Source: an uncultured Chloroflexia bacterium
GTDB taxonomy: Bacteria > Chloroflexota > Limnocylindria > Limnocylindrales > CSP1-4
Assembly: GCA_963707215.1 (NCBI GenBank)
Contig: CAVPPB010000001.1
Coordinates: 608,001-672,000, forward strand
Direction of reading: 5' to 3'
DNA length: 64,000 nucleotides
In this document: positions 41,516 through 51,312 of the stretch, in pieces
Layout of the letters: every line of letters begins with the position of its first letter
Position numbering within the stretch: position 1 is the stretch's first letter
The notes under the pieces: generated by a model
What the model was told of the DNA's origin: nothing
Database searches by the model: none
What the model saw: the letters and a program-made list of their open reading frames with translations, nothing else
Made by a program: the position numbers and the translations under genes

Positions 41516-44500
41516 ACGATCGCCAGGGCATCCGGGCCGCCCGAGCGTCCACGGCCCGGCTCGCGCTCTCCCCGAGCACGTTCGCCCCGGATGGCGCCCT
41601 GCCCCTCGCGAACGTGGCCACGGCCCGGCGGGTCGCCGCCCGGTTCGGCGCCGTGGCTGGTTCGACCGTCCCTTCCGACGTGCTCGGCGGCGAGCTGAAC
41701 GCGTTCGGGATCGTCGACCTGGTCCTGCACCATGTGATCGGCCGATACGTCGAAGAGGTCGCCCCCGATGCCCTCGATGTGGCCGTCGATATCGGCGCGA
41801 CTCGCCTGGGGGTCAGGCCGGTCGCCGACACCCTCGACGGCTACCGGGATGACTTCCCGCTCGACCGTGCGGTCGAGCCGCCGGACGCGGTCGCGGACCT
41901 CCTCCTGACCTGGGTCGCCAACGCCAATCCGGCGACGGCCCCGTTCCGCGAGCTGGTCGACGACCGGCCCCTGGCGTCGACGACGAGCTATCGCGAGCTG
42001 CTCGTCGTCCTGGACCAGCACTTCCGGGATCTGCCGCCATTCGGTCCGGACGAGCAGTCGCTGCTCGACATGCTCCGGGCCCCGGCGCTCGCCTCGCCCG
42101 ACTCGCTGGCCGGCCAGCTCGCCTTCATCCGCGACCGCTGGGGCTCCCTGCTCGGCGATCTGATGGACCGACTCCTCGTGGCGATCGCCGTCCTGGAGGA
42201 GGACGAGCGGGGGCGCTGGATGCGCTTCCACGGCTGGACCGGGGGCGCCGGTGCCCACGCCGGCGCGATCGGGATCGGCCCGGCCCCGGGGAGCGGGGAG
42301 GACGAGCCGGAGCGCTTCTCGGCCGACCGCGACTGGATGCCGCGGGTCGTCATGCTCGCCAAGAGCACCTACGTCTGGCTCGACCAGCTGTCCCGGCACC
42401 ACGGACGCGAGATCCGCACCCTCGACGCCATCCCCGACGAGGAGCTCGACAGGCTCGCTCGCTGGGGGGTGACCGGCCTCTGGCTGATCGGCCTGTGGCA
42501 GCGGAGCCGAGCCTCGGAGCGGATCAAGCGCTGGCGCGGCAATCCCGAGGCGGTGGCCTCGGCCTACTCGCTCGACGAGTACCGGATCGCCGATGACCTC
42601 GGTGGTGAGGCGGCGTGGGCGAACCTGCGTGACCGGGCGTGGGCTCGCGGGATCCGGCTGGCTTCGGACATGGTCCCCAATCACATGGGCATCGACTCGC
42701 GCTGGGTCATCGAGCATCCCGACTGGTTCCTGAGCCTCCGGGAGCCCCCCTACCCGGCCTACACGTTCGACGGCGCCGACCTCGCCGACGATCCGCGGGT
42801 CGCCGTCCGGATCGAGGATCACTACTGGGACGATTCGGACGCCGCGGTCGTCTTCAAGCGTGTCGACGAGGGAAGCGGCGACGTCCGCTACATCTACCAC
42901 GGCAACGACGGCACCTCGATGCCGTGGAACGACACGGCCCAGCTCGACTACTCGCGGGCCGAGGTCCGCGAGGCCGTCATCCAGACGATCCTCGACGTCG
43001 CCCGAAGGTTCCCGATCATCCGCTTCGACGCGGCGATGACCCTCGCCCGAAAGCACATCCAGCGGCTCTGGTTCCCGCTACCCGGGGCCGGTGGCGCGAT
43101 CCCGTCGCGGGCCGAGCACGCCATGACCCAGGCCGCCTTCGACGCCGCGATCCCCGTCGAGTTCTGGCGCGAGGTGGTCGACCGGGTCGCCGCCGAGGTC
43201 CCCGACACGCTGCTCCTCGCCGAGGCCTTCTGGCTCATGGAGGGCTACTTCGTCCGGACGCTCGGGATGCACCGGGTCTACAACAGCGCCTTCATGAACA
43301 TGCTCCGCGACGAGGACAACACCGGTTACCGGCGGGTCATCAAGAACACCCTCGAGTTCGACCCCGAGATCCTGAAGCGCTACGTCAACTTCATGAACAA
43401 CCCCGACGAGAAGACCGCGGTCGAGCAGTTCGGCAAGGGCGACAAGTACTTCGGGGTGGCTACGCTGATGGCGACGCTGCCCGGCCTGCCGATGTTCGGC
43501 CACGGCCAGGTCGAGGGCTTCGCCGAGAAGTACGGCATGGAGTACCGCCGCGCCTACCTCGACGAGGAGCGCGACCACTGGCTCGTCGAGCGCCACGAGC
43601 GCGAGCTGTTCCCGCTCTTCCATCGGCGCGGCCAGTTCGCCGAGGTCCGCGACTTCCTGCTCTACGACGTCGTCGACGACGGGGGCGGCGTGCTGGAGGA
43701 CGTCTACGCCTTCTCGAACGGCCGCGGGACCGAGCGGTCCCTGGTCGTCTTCCACAACCGCTACGCCTCGGTGGCCGGCCGGATCCGCAATTCCGTCACC
43801 TACGCGAGCTCGGTCGAAGGCGGCAAGCGGCCCACCCGCCGGACCCTGGCCGAGGGCTGGGGGCTCGCCGACGACCCGGCCGGCCTGGTCCGCTTCCGCG
43901 ATCTGGTCAGCGGCCTCGAGTACCTGCACCGAGTGGGTGAGATCCGGGAGCGCGGCCTCGCGTTCCGCCTCGAGGCCTACGGGCGACGGGTCTTCCTCGA
44001 CGTGGTCGAGGTCCACGACGGGGCCGCCGGTCTGTGGGGACGCCTGGCCGACCGCCTCGGCGGCCAGGGCGTGCCGTCGCTCGACGGGGCGATGCGGACG
44101 CTGGAGCTGGAGCCGGTCCATGCCGCGCTCCGCCGCGTCCTCGAGGGCGAGACGGCCCGGACGGTCGCGGCGGCCCTTGAGCCGGTCACCACGGGAGCCA
44201 GCGCGGCGGCTGGTCCTGGCCCGATGGCGCCCGAGGGATCCCCGATGGCCGGGCTGGATCGATCTGCCCTGGCGCCGGTCGGCGGACCCGACGGAGGCCG
44301 AACGGACGCCGGCCCGACCGAGACCGTGCCCGCGGCACCGAGCGCCGGCGTTCCGCCGCGGCCCGGGCCGGGCGCCGTCGAGGCGGCCCTGGCGGACCTT
44401 GCCGCGCGGCAGGCCGGCTTCCTCCGGGCCGTCGCCGACGCGACGGGCACCTCCGGCGACCCCGCACCGATCGTCGTAGCCTCCACGGAGAGGCTGGTCC

Positions 44501-45090
44501 GGGCCGTCCGCGCGGCCGAACGGGCCGGGGAGACGCCATCGCCCAACGCCGATCCGCTCACGGAGCGGCTCGGCGATCCGGGCGATCGGGCGGCCCTGCT
44601 GGGCTGGTCCATGATCGGCGAGCTGGGCCGCCTGGCCCCGGCCGCCGACCCGGAGGCCACGACCCGGGCCTGGACGGCCGAACTCCAGCTGGTGCCGCCG
44701 CTCGCCGAGGGCCTGCGCGCGATGGTGGCCGATGAGGGGGTCGCCTGGCGGGCCGCCGAGCAGACCGTCGCCCTCGCGGCCCTGCCGGACCCCGCGGCCC
44801 CATCAGGGCCCCGCGGCGCCACAGGACTGCTGGAGCGATGGCTGGCCGCACCGGCGGTCCGACGGCTGCTCGGGGTCAACACCTGGGAGGGCGTGGAGTG
44901 GCTGTCGGCCGACGGCCTCCTGGCGGTCGCCGGCTGGACGCGAGCCCTTGCCGCCCTCCGAGCCATCGGACCGTCCCGGACCGCGACGCTGGACGCCGAC
45001 CTCGAGGCGATCGGCGGGGCGGCCGCGACCGCCGGCTATCGGCTCGCCGAGACCCGCGCCGTGCTGGCAGCCGGGGAGCCGACGCCATAG
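41512..45090 (+). CDS. large GH13 alpha-amylase-family protein with long N- and C-terminal extensions
   Basis: ATGA overlap with treS. SDMVPNH, RFDAAM (nucleophile), LAEAFW (acid/base), FMNNPDE. Confidence 0.88.
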   Translation: MNDRQGIRAARASTARLALSPSTFAPDGALPLANVATARRVAARFGAVAGSTVPSDVLGGELNAFGIVDLVLHHVIGRYVEEVAPDALDVAVDIGATRLGVRPVADTLDGYRDDFPLDRAVEPPDAVADLLLTWVANANPATAPFRELVDDRPLASTTSYRELLVVLDQHFRDLPPFGPDEQSLLDMLRAPALASPDSLAGQLAFIRDRWGSLLGDLMDRLLVAIAVLEEDERGRWMRFHGWTGGAGAHAGAIGIGPAPGSGEDEPERFSADRDWMPRVVMLAKSTYVWLDQLSRHHGREIRTLDAIPDEELDRLARWGVTGLWLIGLWQRSRASERIKRWRGNPEAVASAYSLDEYRIADDLGGEAAWANLRDRAWARGIRLASDMVPNHMGIDSRWVIEHPDWFLSLREPPYPAYTFDGADLADDPRVAVRIEDHYWDDSDAAVVFKRVDEGSGDVRYIYHGNDGTSMPWNDTAQLDYSRAEVREAVIQTILDVARRFPIIRFDAAMTLARKHIQRLWFPLPGAGGAIPSRAEHAMTQAAFDAAIPVEFWREVVDRVAAEVPDTLLLAEAFWLMEGYFVRTLGMHRVYNSAFMNMLRDEDNTGYRRVIKNTLEFDPEILKRYVNFMNNPDEKTAVEQFGKGDKYFGVATLMATLPGLPMFGHGQVEGFAEKYGMEYRRAYLDEERDHWLVERHERELFPLFHRRGQFAEVRDFLLYDVVDDGGGVLEDVYAFSNGRGTERSLVVFHNRYASVAGRIRNSVTYASSVEGGKRPTRRTLAEGWGLADDPAGLVRFRDLVSGLEYLHRVGEIRERGLAFRLEAYGRRVFLDVVEVHDGAAGLWGRLADRLGGQGVPSLDGAMRTLELEPVHAALRRVLEGETARTVAAALEPVTTGASAAAGPGPMAPEGSPMAGLDRSALAPVGGPDGGRTDAGPTETVPAAPSAGVPPRPGPGAVEAALADLAARQAGFLRAVADATGTSGDPAPIVVASTERLVRAVRAAERAGETPSPNADPLTERLGDPGDRAALLGWSMIGELGRLAPAADPEATTRAWTAELQLVPPLAEGLRAMVADEGVAWRAAEQTVALAALPDPAAPSGPRGATGLLERWLAAPAVRRLLGVNTWEGVEWLSADGLLAVAGWTRALAALRAIGPSRTATLDADLEAIGGAAATAGYRLAETRAVLAAGEPTP

Positions 45091-45420
45091 CGCGTCGCGG
45101 GGGCTCCCGGGAACGACGAGCCCGCGTCGGGTCGGACGTCGACCGACCCTTGCCGTGGTCGCCTCGGTGGCGGTGACTCGAGGGCCACGAGCCGGCGGGC
45201 GTCCTCGACGGCCGCATCGTCGTCGACGGGGAGCCACAGCCAGCGACCGTCGGGGTAGGCCTTCGCACCGGCGAGGGCCTCGGCGATCGGCGGACCGAGC
45301 TCGCCCGCCGCGACCGCGGTCTCCACGCCAGCCGCGACCCACGGCCCGACGAGGAGCACCCGGAAGGAACCGTCGTGCGGCAGGAGCGGCAGGCGCGAGC
45401 GGCCGGACCGCCCGGATCCC
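45036..45420 (-). pseudogene. probable 5'-truncated DUF3788-like gene remnant
   Basis: Reads RSGRSRLPLLPHDGSFRVLLVGP...AKAYPDGRWLWLPVDDDAAVEDARRLVAL, which I recall as the DUF3788 C-terminal half. No room for the N-terminal half after the DUF885 stop. Confidence 0.5.
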
Positions 45421-45426
45421 CCGGCG

Positions 45427-47214
45427 TCAGTCGCCGAGGACGGCTCGGCGGAGGATCGGGATCGGCGGGGTTCCGTGGGCCAGGAGCGTCTCGAGGTGCT
45501 CGCGATAGACGAAGCCCGGCGTCGCGCCGAGACCGCCGGGCAGGTCGCGCTCCACGACGACGGCGGCGCCGCGAGGATCGCCGCTGGCTTCGGCCAGCCG
45601 GCGACGCCGCTCGGCCTCGAGCTCCCAGAGCAGGAACGATCCGACGAAGTAGGTGACCAGCTGGGTCGAATCGAGCCTCGCCCTCTTGTACTTGTTGCGC
45701 GCTTCGGCCTCTTCCTGGAAGCCGCCACGGGTCATCAGGTCGACCGCCTCGTCCTCGCCCAGGCCGTCGACGTGGATCCGGATGTCGAGGATCGTGTTGA
45801 TGGCCGCCCGGAGGTAGTACTTCCAATGGACGAGCAGCAGCGCCGGATCGTCGGCCGCATACCCGAGGTCGATCATCACCTGGGTGACGTAGACCGCCCA
45901 GCCCTCGGCGAAGACGCCGCTGGAGAACGCCGCCCGGGCCAGCGACGAGTGGCGGTTCGAGTAGGCCAGCTGGAGGTAGTGGCCGGGGACCGCCTCGTGG
46001 ATCGTGAGGATCCGGAGCATCCGGTCGTTGTCTTCCCGGAGCCATGACTCGGCGCGCTCGGGGCTCCAGTCTTCAGGGATCGGGGTGATCGCGAAGAAGC
46101 TCTTCTGGCCACGGTCGAGCGGACCGGGCGGGATGAGCATGGCGCCCCCGAACGCACGGAGGAAGACGGGCGTCCAGCGGATGTCGAGCGGCTCGTCCGG
46201 CAGGCCCACGAGATCACGCTGGCGACAGAACGACTCGATCTGGGCCAGCTCGGCACGGCAGAAGTCGAGGAGACCGTCCGGGGCCTGATGCTGGAAGGCG
46301 ATGGCGTCTAGGACGTCGCGGACCGTCCGCTGGTCGGCGGCAGCCTGGGACCCCTCCGTCGCGGCGTCGGGGAGCGGCAGATCCGGGTGCCAGGCCGGCC
46401 AGAGGTCACTGGCGAGGCGGATCATCTCCGCGCGGATCGCCTCGAACTCGCGCTCGGCGCGCTCGAGGAGCCGGGCAGGCGTCAGGTCGGGATCCCGCAG
46501 CGTGTGCCGGAGCTTGCGGCCGAACAGCTCCGGTCCGAGCCGCCCCTCGCCGCTCGACGACGGGACGACGACGGTCCGGAGATGTCGCTCCAGGCGCTCC
46601 AGGCTGCTCGCCGCCCGCTCGGCCGCTGCCTCGAGCCGTGGGCCAAGAGCAGCGACATCCGGATCCCCCGGGTGGGCGGCGGCGATGGCGCGACCCTCGT
46701 CGAGGAGGTCGGCCACGCCGGGGAGCTGGTCGATGGCCGTCTCGGCGTGGAGCCGCGAGACGGGTCGGCCCGGCAGGCCGACGAGCTGCTCGACGGCTGC
46801 CTCGACGAGCGCCGGCATGCCATCCAGCCGGTCCGTGAACGACGCGAGCCGGACATGCACGGGCGCGAACTCGCGGCTGACGAGGGGGAAGAGCCCGTTG
46901 CCGAGGAGGTAGACCCAGGAGAGCGGGTCCCAGCGGTCCTGGCGGAGCTCGCCCTCGCTGAAGACGGCTGCCTCGAACTCGCCGACGAGCAGGTCGCGGT
47001 CGAGACGGTCGTCCGGGGCGAGGTCGTGGTCCCGACAGGCACGGAGCGCCTGGACGGCCCGGTCGTAGAAGGCGAGCCGGGCGGCCACGCCCGACTCGGT
47101 CATGTCGGGCCAGCGACCGTCGTGCTCGTGAAGCCCCACCTCGCTGGCATGGACCGGCTGGAGGGCGAAGTACTCGGCCAGCAGCCCGGGGACGAGGTCG
47201 GCGAAGTCGGACAC
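45427..47214 (-). CDS. DUF885 family protein
   Basis: LTIHEAVPGHYLQ, FAEGWAVY, ILDIRIH, YFVG. Confidence 0.9.
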   Translation of the reverse strand: MSDFADLVPGLLAEYFALQPVHASEVGLHEHDGRWPDMTESGVAARLAFYDRAVQALRACRDHDLAPDDRLDRDLLVGEFEAAVFSEGELRQDRWDPLSWVYLLGNGLFPLVSREFAPVHVRLASFTDRLDGMPALVEAAVEQLVGLPGRPVSRLHAETAIDQLPGVADLLDEGRAIAAAHPGDPDVAALGPRLEAAAERAASSLERLERHLRTVVVPSSSGEGRLGPELFGRKLRHTLRDPDLTPARLLERAEREFEAIRAEMIRLASDLWPAWHPDLPLPDAATEGSQAAADQRTVRDVLDAIAFQHQAPDGLLDFCRAELAQIESFCRQRDLVGLPDEPLDIRWTPVFLRAFGGAMLIPPGPLDRGQKSFFAITPIPEDWSPERAESWLREDNDRMLRILTIHEAVPGHYLQLAYSNRHSSLARAAFSSGVFAEGWAVYVTQVMIDLGYAADDPALLLVHWKYYLRAAINTILDIRIHVDGLGEDEAVDLMTRGGFQEEAEARNKYKRARLDSTQLVTYFVGSFLLWELEAERRRRLAEASGDPRGAAVVVERDLPGGLGATPGFVYREHLETLLAHGTPPIPILRRAVLGD

Positions 47215-47343
47215 GGCTGGCGCTCCCGGGTGCGATGGGGTCGCCGAGGAGTCTAGCCGGAGCGGCTACCATCAGGCAGTCCACGCCGGGTCGCGAGCGC
47301 CGCTGTGACGCTCGCTGGGCGAAAGCCGGGATCGGAGGGAGCC

Positions 47344-47727
47344 ATGGTCGGGTTCATCATCGGCGCCATCGTCGCCGGCATCGCCTTCCTGGTGACTGCC
47401 CAGGTCCTGCCCTCGATCACCGTCGGCGACGACATCCCGGCCCTGGCGGTCACGGTCGTCATCTTCGGTCTCGTCAACGCGCTCGTGAAGCCGGTCGTGA
47501 AGCTCCTGAGCCTGCCGCTCCAGTGGGCGACCCTGGGGCTCATCGGCCTCGTCATCAACGGCGGCCTGCTCCTGCTGACGGCCTGGATCGCAGGTCAGCT
47601 GGACAACGAGTTCGCCATCGCCGGCTTCCCGCCCGACCTCTCGGTCGAGGCTGTCGGGACCGCGATCGTCGGGGCGCTCATCATCAGCGTCGTGACGACG
47701 GTCGTCGGCCTGGTCGTCAAGGACTGA
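47344..47727 (+). CDS. YvlD/DUF360 4-TM membrane protein ('phage holin family')
   Basis: GLVNALVKPVVKLLSLPL..TLGL..LVING motif. Confidence 0.88.
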   Translation: MVGFIIGAIVAGIAFLVTAQVLPSITVGDDIPALAVTVVIFGLVNALVKPVVKLLSLPLQWATLGLIGLVINGGLLLLTAWIAGQLDNEFAIAGFPPDLSVEAVGTAIVGALIISVVTTVVGLVVKD

Positions 47728-47734
47728 GGCCGGG

Positions 47735-49021
47735 GTGCGGGAGGCCGATCGCCTCCCGGCCGTCGCGGACGCCCTCCGTCGGGCCGGCCGGCGCTGGGGC
47801 ACACCGCTCTACCTGACCGACGTGGCCACCCTGGCCCGGGACGCCGAGCGACTGGCGAACGCCTTTCCCGACCCCTGGATCCGCCAGTACTCGCTCAAGG
47901 CCAACGACGTGCCGGCGGTCGTCCGGGAGGTCCTCGGTCGCGGCTTCGGGGCGAACGTCGTCTCCCGCGGGGAGTGGGCCCTGGCCCGTCGGGCCGGGGC
48001 CCACGACGAGTCGATCACCCTCGAGGGGATCGGCAAGACGAACGCCGACCTCCGAGCCGCCGTCCGGTCGGCGGCCGACGGGCAGCCGCTGCGCTGGCTG
48101 GCGATCGAGTCGGCTGACGAGCTTGACGCCCTGGCCGGCATGGCCCGGACGGCCGGCCTGGGGCGGGCGGACCGACCCAGGCTCGACGTCCTCGTCCGCC
48201 TCAACCCGGCCGTCGCGCCGGAGACCCATCGCGGGCTGGCGGTCGGGGCCGCGAGTTCGAAATTCGGCCTCGCCGCCGACGAGCTGACGGCCGTCGTCGA
48301 GCGGGTCTCGGCGGCGGACGGCCTGCGCCCACGGGGGATCCACCTGCACGTGGGGTCCCAGCTGGGGGCGGTCGACGCCTGGCGTGACGGGGTCCGTCGG
48401 GCCCTGGCCGTCCTGGGCCTGCTCGCCGGGACGCTGCCATCCTTCGACACCCTCGATGTCGGAGGGGGCTTCCCGGTCCCCCCGGGCGACGCTGCCGGTC
48501 CCCCGCCGGGCCGCTTCGCCCGGGAGGTGGCGACGTTGCTCGAGGAGATGGCGGTCGACCGGCGTCCCCGGCGCCTGGCCGTAGAGCCAGGACGAGTCGT
48601 CGTCACCCGGGCCGGCTGGCTCGTCGCCACGGTCCTCCACGTCCGACAGCGGGCCGATCGGCAGGTCGTGATCGACACCGGGATGACCGAGCTCGTCCGG
48701 CCGGCCCTCTACGGCGCCGTCCACCCCGTCGTGGCCCTCACCTCGCTCGGTCGGACGGTGACAGCGTGGCCCCCCGACGGTCCCACGTCCGAGCCGACCC
48801 GCGTCGAGGGCCCCGTCTGCGAGTCGACCGACGCCCTGGGGACCCACTTGCTGCCACCGCTCCGTCGCGGCGACCTCGTCGCGATCCGCGACGCCGGTGC
48901 CTACGCCGCCTCGCAGGCGTCCGCCTACAACGGCCGGACCCGGCCACCGCAGGTCCTCCTCGACCCGGACGGGACCCTCCGGCTGGCTCGCCGTCGAGGG
49001 ACGCTGGCAAGCCTGGGCTGA
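47735..49021 (+). CDS. lysA: diaminopimelate decarboxylase
   Basis: GTPLY, YSLKAN (PLP Lys), SKFG, HLHVGSQ, DVGGG, EPGR, GPVCESTD, GAY. Confidence 0.88.
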   Translation: MREADRLPAVADALRRAGRRWGTPLYLTDVATLARDAERLANAFPDPWIRQYSLKANDVPAVVREVLGRGFGANVVSRGEWALARRAGAHDESITLEGIGKTNADLRAAVRSAADGQPLRWLAIESADELDALAGMARTAGLGRADRPRLDVLVRLNPAVAPETHRGLAVGAASSKFGLAADELTAVVERVSAADGLRPRGIHLHVGSQLGAVDAWRDGVRRALAVLGLLAGTLPSFDTLDVGGGFPVPPGDAAGPPPGRFAREVATLLEEMAVDRRPRRLAVEPGRVVVTRAGWLVATVLHVRQRADRQVVIDTGMTELVRPALYGAVHPVVALTSLGRTVTAWPPDGPTSEPTRVEGPVCESTDALGTHLLPPLRRGDLVAIRDAGAYAASQASAYNGRTRPPQVLLDPDGTLRLARRRGTLASLG

Positions 49022-49117
49022 GGCGACCCGACCAGGATCGAGATCGCAGCTCGTCTCGATCAATCCGTGGCGACGGCCGGCCCCGCCTTGCGGCACGACA
49101 GGCGCTAGGCTGGTCCC

Positions 49118-50854
49118 ATGCGACGCGCTCACCCCGGGCGTCGGGATCGGCCCCGCGCACGGCGGATCCTGGCGCCCCTTCTCGGCCTCGGGCTCGGCCT
49201 CGGGCTCGCGCCCTTCGGCGCCGTCGCCGCCGGGCCACCGTTCCCCGATCCGGTCGAGGGCATCAGGGTCTACGACACGGCCGAGATCTGGTCGGTCGCG
49301 GCGAAGGAGGAGGCCCAGCGGATCAGCGACTCCATCGAGGAGCGGGTCGGCGCGCAGGTCGTCGCCTACAGCCAGCCGGTCGACTACGGGACCTCCTTCG
49401 ACGAGGCCCGGGCCCAGGCGGCGGCCCTGGGACACCAGTGGGGCGTCGGCCGCGCGGGCTTCGACGATGGCTACGTCATCCTCTTCGACATCGACCCGAG
49501 CGGGGTCCACGGCCAGGTAGCGATGGTCGCCGGAGACGGCTTCCGGGCGGCCTACTTGCCCGACGACCAGACCCAGCGGATCTTCGACGAGGAGGTCGTG
49601 CCGGAGCTCGTCGGCGGCCAGCCGGACTTCGACGCGGCGCTCCTGGCGGCGATGCGGGCGGTCGATGCCGCGGCGACACCCCAGGCGGCCGCGATGCTCC
49701 AGGCCGGCCGGATCGTCAACGCGGTCGTCGGCATCGTGGTGGCGCCACTCCTGGCGATCCTGCTCATCGGCGTCGCCGTCTTCCAGTGGCTCCGCTATGG
49801 ACGCGATCCCGAGTACCTCGACAGCCCATCGATCCTCTTGCCGGCACCGCCGGCTTCGCTCACCGCGGCCACCGGGGCTCTCGTCTACGACGGCCAGAGC
49901 TCCCGGCGGACACTCACGACTGCGCTGCTCGACCTGGCGAGCCGAGGGAAGCTCGCGTTCGAGGACCGGCCTGGCCTGCTGTCGCGCAAGGTCGCGGTGG
50001 TGACCGCGCCGGAGCCCCAGGGCGATCCTGTGGCCGAGGCCTGGCAACGGCTCGCCGACCGACGGCCGCTGTCCGACGCCGAGGCCTATGCGCTTCGGGA
50101 GCTTCGCGAGCTCGGTGGGACCGTGGAGGAGAACGAGCTGCTGAAGTTCGGGACCAAGGTCGGGGATTTCGACGAGCGCCTGGAGGCACATGCGGTCACC
50201 CAGGGCTGGTTCCGCGAGGCCCCGCGGGCAGCCCAGCGACGCTGGGCGGTGGTCGGCGGGCTGGAGCTCGGTGCCGCCGCAGGAGCCGGCGTCCTCGCCG
50301 TCGTCATCCCGATGAGCGGCCTCTTCCTCGTCGCCCTGGGGCTCGGTGTCGCCGGGATCGTCACCCTGATCCTCTCGCGCGCGATGCCGGCCAGGACCAT
50401 GGCGGGGGCGATGACCCGGGCGATGCTGGCGGCCTACCGACGGACCCTCCAGAAGACGATGGAGCAGGCCCGCTCGATGGGGGAGGTCGTCGAGCGGGCG
50501 GCGATGGAGTGGCTGGAGACCCCCGACCAGGCTCTCGTCTGGGGCGTCGCCCTGGGCCTCCAGGACCAGGTGGACGAGGTCCTGCGCCGCTCGGTCGAGG
50601 ACGTCGAGCGGGGCCGCGCCGATCCGGCGAGCACCTACGTGCCGGCCTGGTTCGGGCCGAGCGGTTCGGGTGGCCATGGCGGCTGGAGCGGGAGCTCCGG
50701 CTCGGTCTTCTCGGGCTCGGCCGTCCCGAGCGTCGGCGGCATGCTCGCCGTCCTCGGTTCGGTGGGCAACGCCCCGTCGTCATCGGGGGGTGGCGGCGGG
50801 GGCAGCTTCGGAGGCGGCGGCGGGTTCTCGGGAGGGGGCGGCGGCGGGTTCTAG
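49118..50854 (+). CDS. TPM-domain / DUF2207-like membrane protein
   Basis: Signal peptide; WGVGRAGFDDG TPM motif; TALLDLASRG; TM helices; Gly-rich GGGGFSGGGGGGF tail. Confidence 0.85.
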   Translation: MRRAHPGRRDRPRARRILAPLLGLGLGLGLAPFGAVAAGPPFPDPVEGIRVYDTAEIWSVAAKEEAQRISDSIEERVGAQVVAYSQPVDYGTSFDEARAQAAALGHQWGVGRAGFDDGYVILFDIDPSGVHGQVAMVAGDGFRAAYLPDDQTQRIFDEEVVPELVGGQPDFDAALLAAMRAVDAAATPQAAAMLQAGRIVNAVVGIVVAPLLAILLIGVAVFQWLRYGRDPEYLDSPSILLPAPPASLTAATGALVYDGQSSRRTLTTALLDLASRGKLAFEDRPGLLSRKVAVVTAPEPQGDPVAEAWQRLADRRPLSDAEAYALRELRELGGTVEENELLKFGTKVGDFDERLEAHAVTQGWFREAPRAAQRRWAVVGGLELGAAAGAGVLAVVIPMSGLFLVALGLGVAGIVTLILSRAMPARTMAGAMTRAMLAAYRRTLQKTMEQARSMGEVVERAAMEWLETPDQALVWGVALGLQDQVDEVLRRSVEDVERGRADPASTYVPAWFGPSGSGGHGGWSGSSGSVFSGSAVPSVGGMLAVLGSVGNAPSSSGGGGGGSFGGGGGFSGGGGGGF

Positions 50855-50911
50855 CGCGCGATGCAGGGCCGCCGCGTCAGCCGGTCGGTCGCCCTCGGGT
50901 ACACTGCCGGC

Positions 50912-51244
50912 ATGGGAGCCGTCGATACGATGGAGCTGTTCTTCGAGCGCTTGAACGAAGGCGACCGCGAGGGCGCGGTCGCCCTCATGGACGAGGCGAC
51001 TGAGATGCGCGTCCACGTCGGCGACAGCGTCCAGACGCTCCGGGGCCTGGAGCGCGTCGGCGGCTGGTTCCTGCGCGGAGACACCGGCCTGAAGATGATC
51101 CCGGGCGAGGTCCGCGACCTCGGCAACACCTACCAGGCGGACGTCCTGGTCGTCCGCCCCGGGGCTCCGTCCCAGCACATCGATGCGTCGTTCCGCGTCG
51201 AGGCGGGCAAGATCACCTCGATCAACATCGCGCCACGGACCTGA
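50912..51244 (+). CDS. small NTF2/SnoaL-like protein
   Basis: FFERLNEGDREGAVALM...FRVEAGKITSI pattern; leaderless TACACT-N6-ATG. Confidence 0.7.
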   Translation: MGAVDTMELFFERLNEGDREGAVALMDEATEMRVHVGDSVQTLRGLERVGGWFLRGDTGLKMIPGEVRDLGNTYQADVLVVRPGAPSQHIDASFRVEAGKITSINIAPRT

Positions 51245-51312
51245 CCCGAGGACCCGCCCGGGTCGCTGTGCCCGCTGGGCCGCCCCTCGGCGAGGACGAG
51301 GGCTCTGCCCCG

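Noticed and set aside
47344-47727. Prophage suggested by the 'phage holin family' gene
   Set aside because: YvlD/DUF360 is a common chromosomal membrane protein; no endolysin or other phage genes are nearby.
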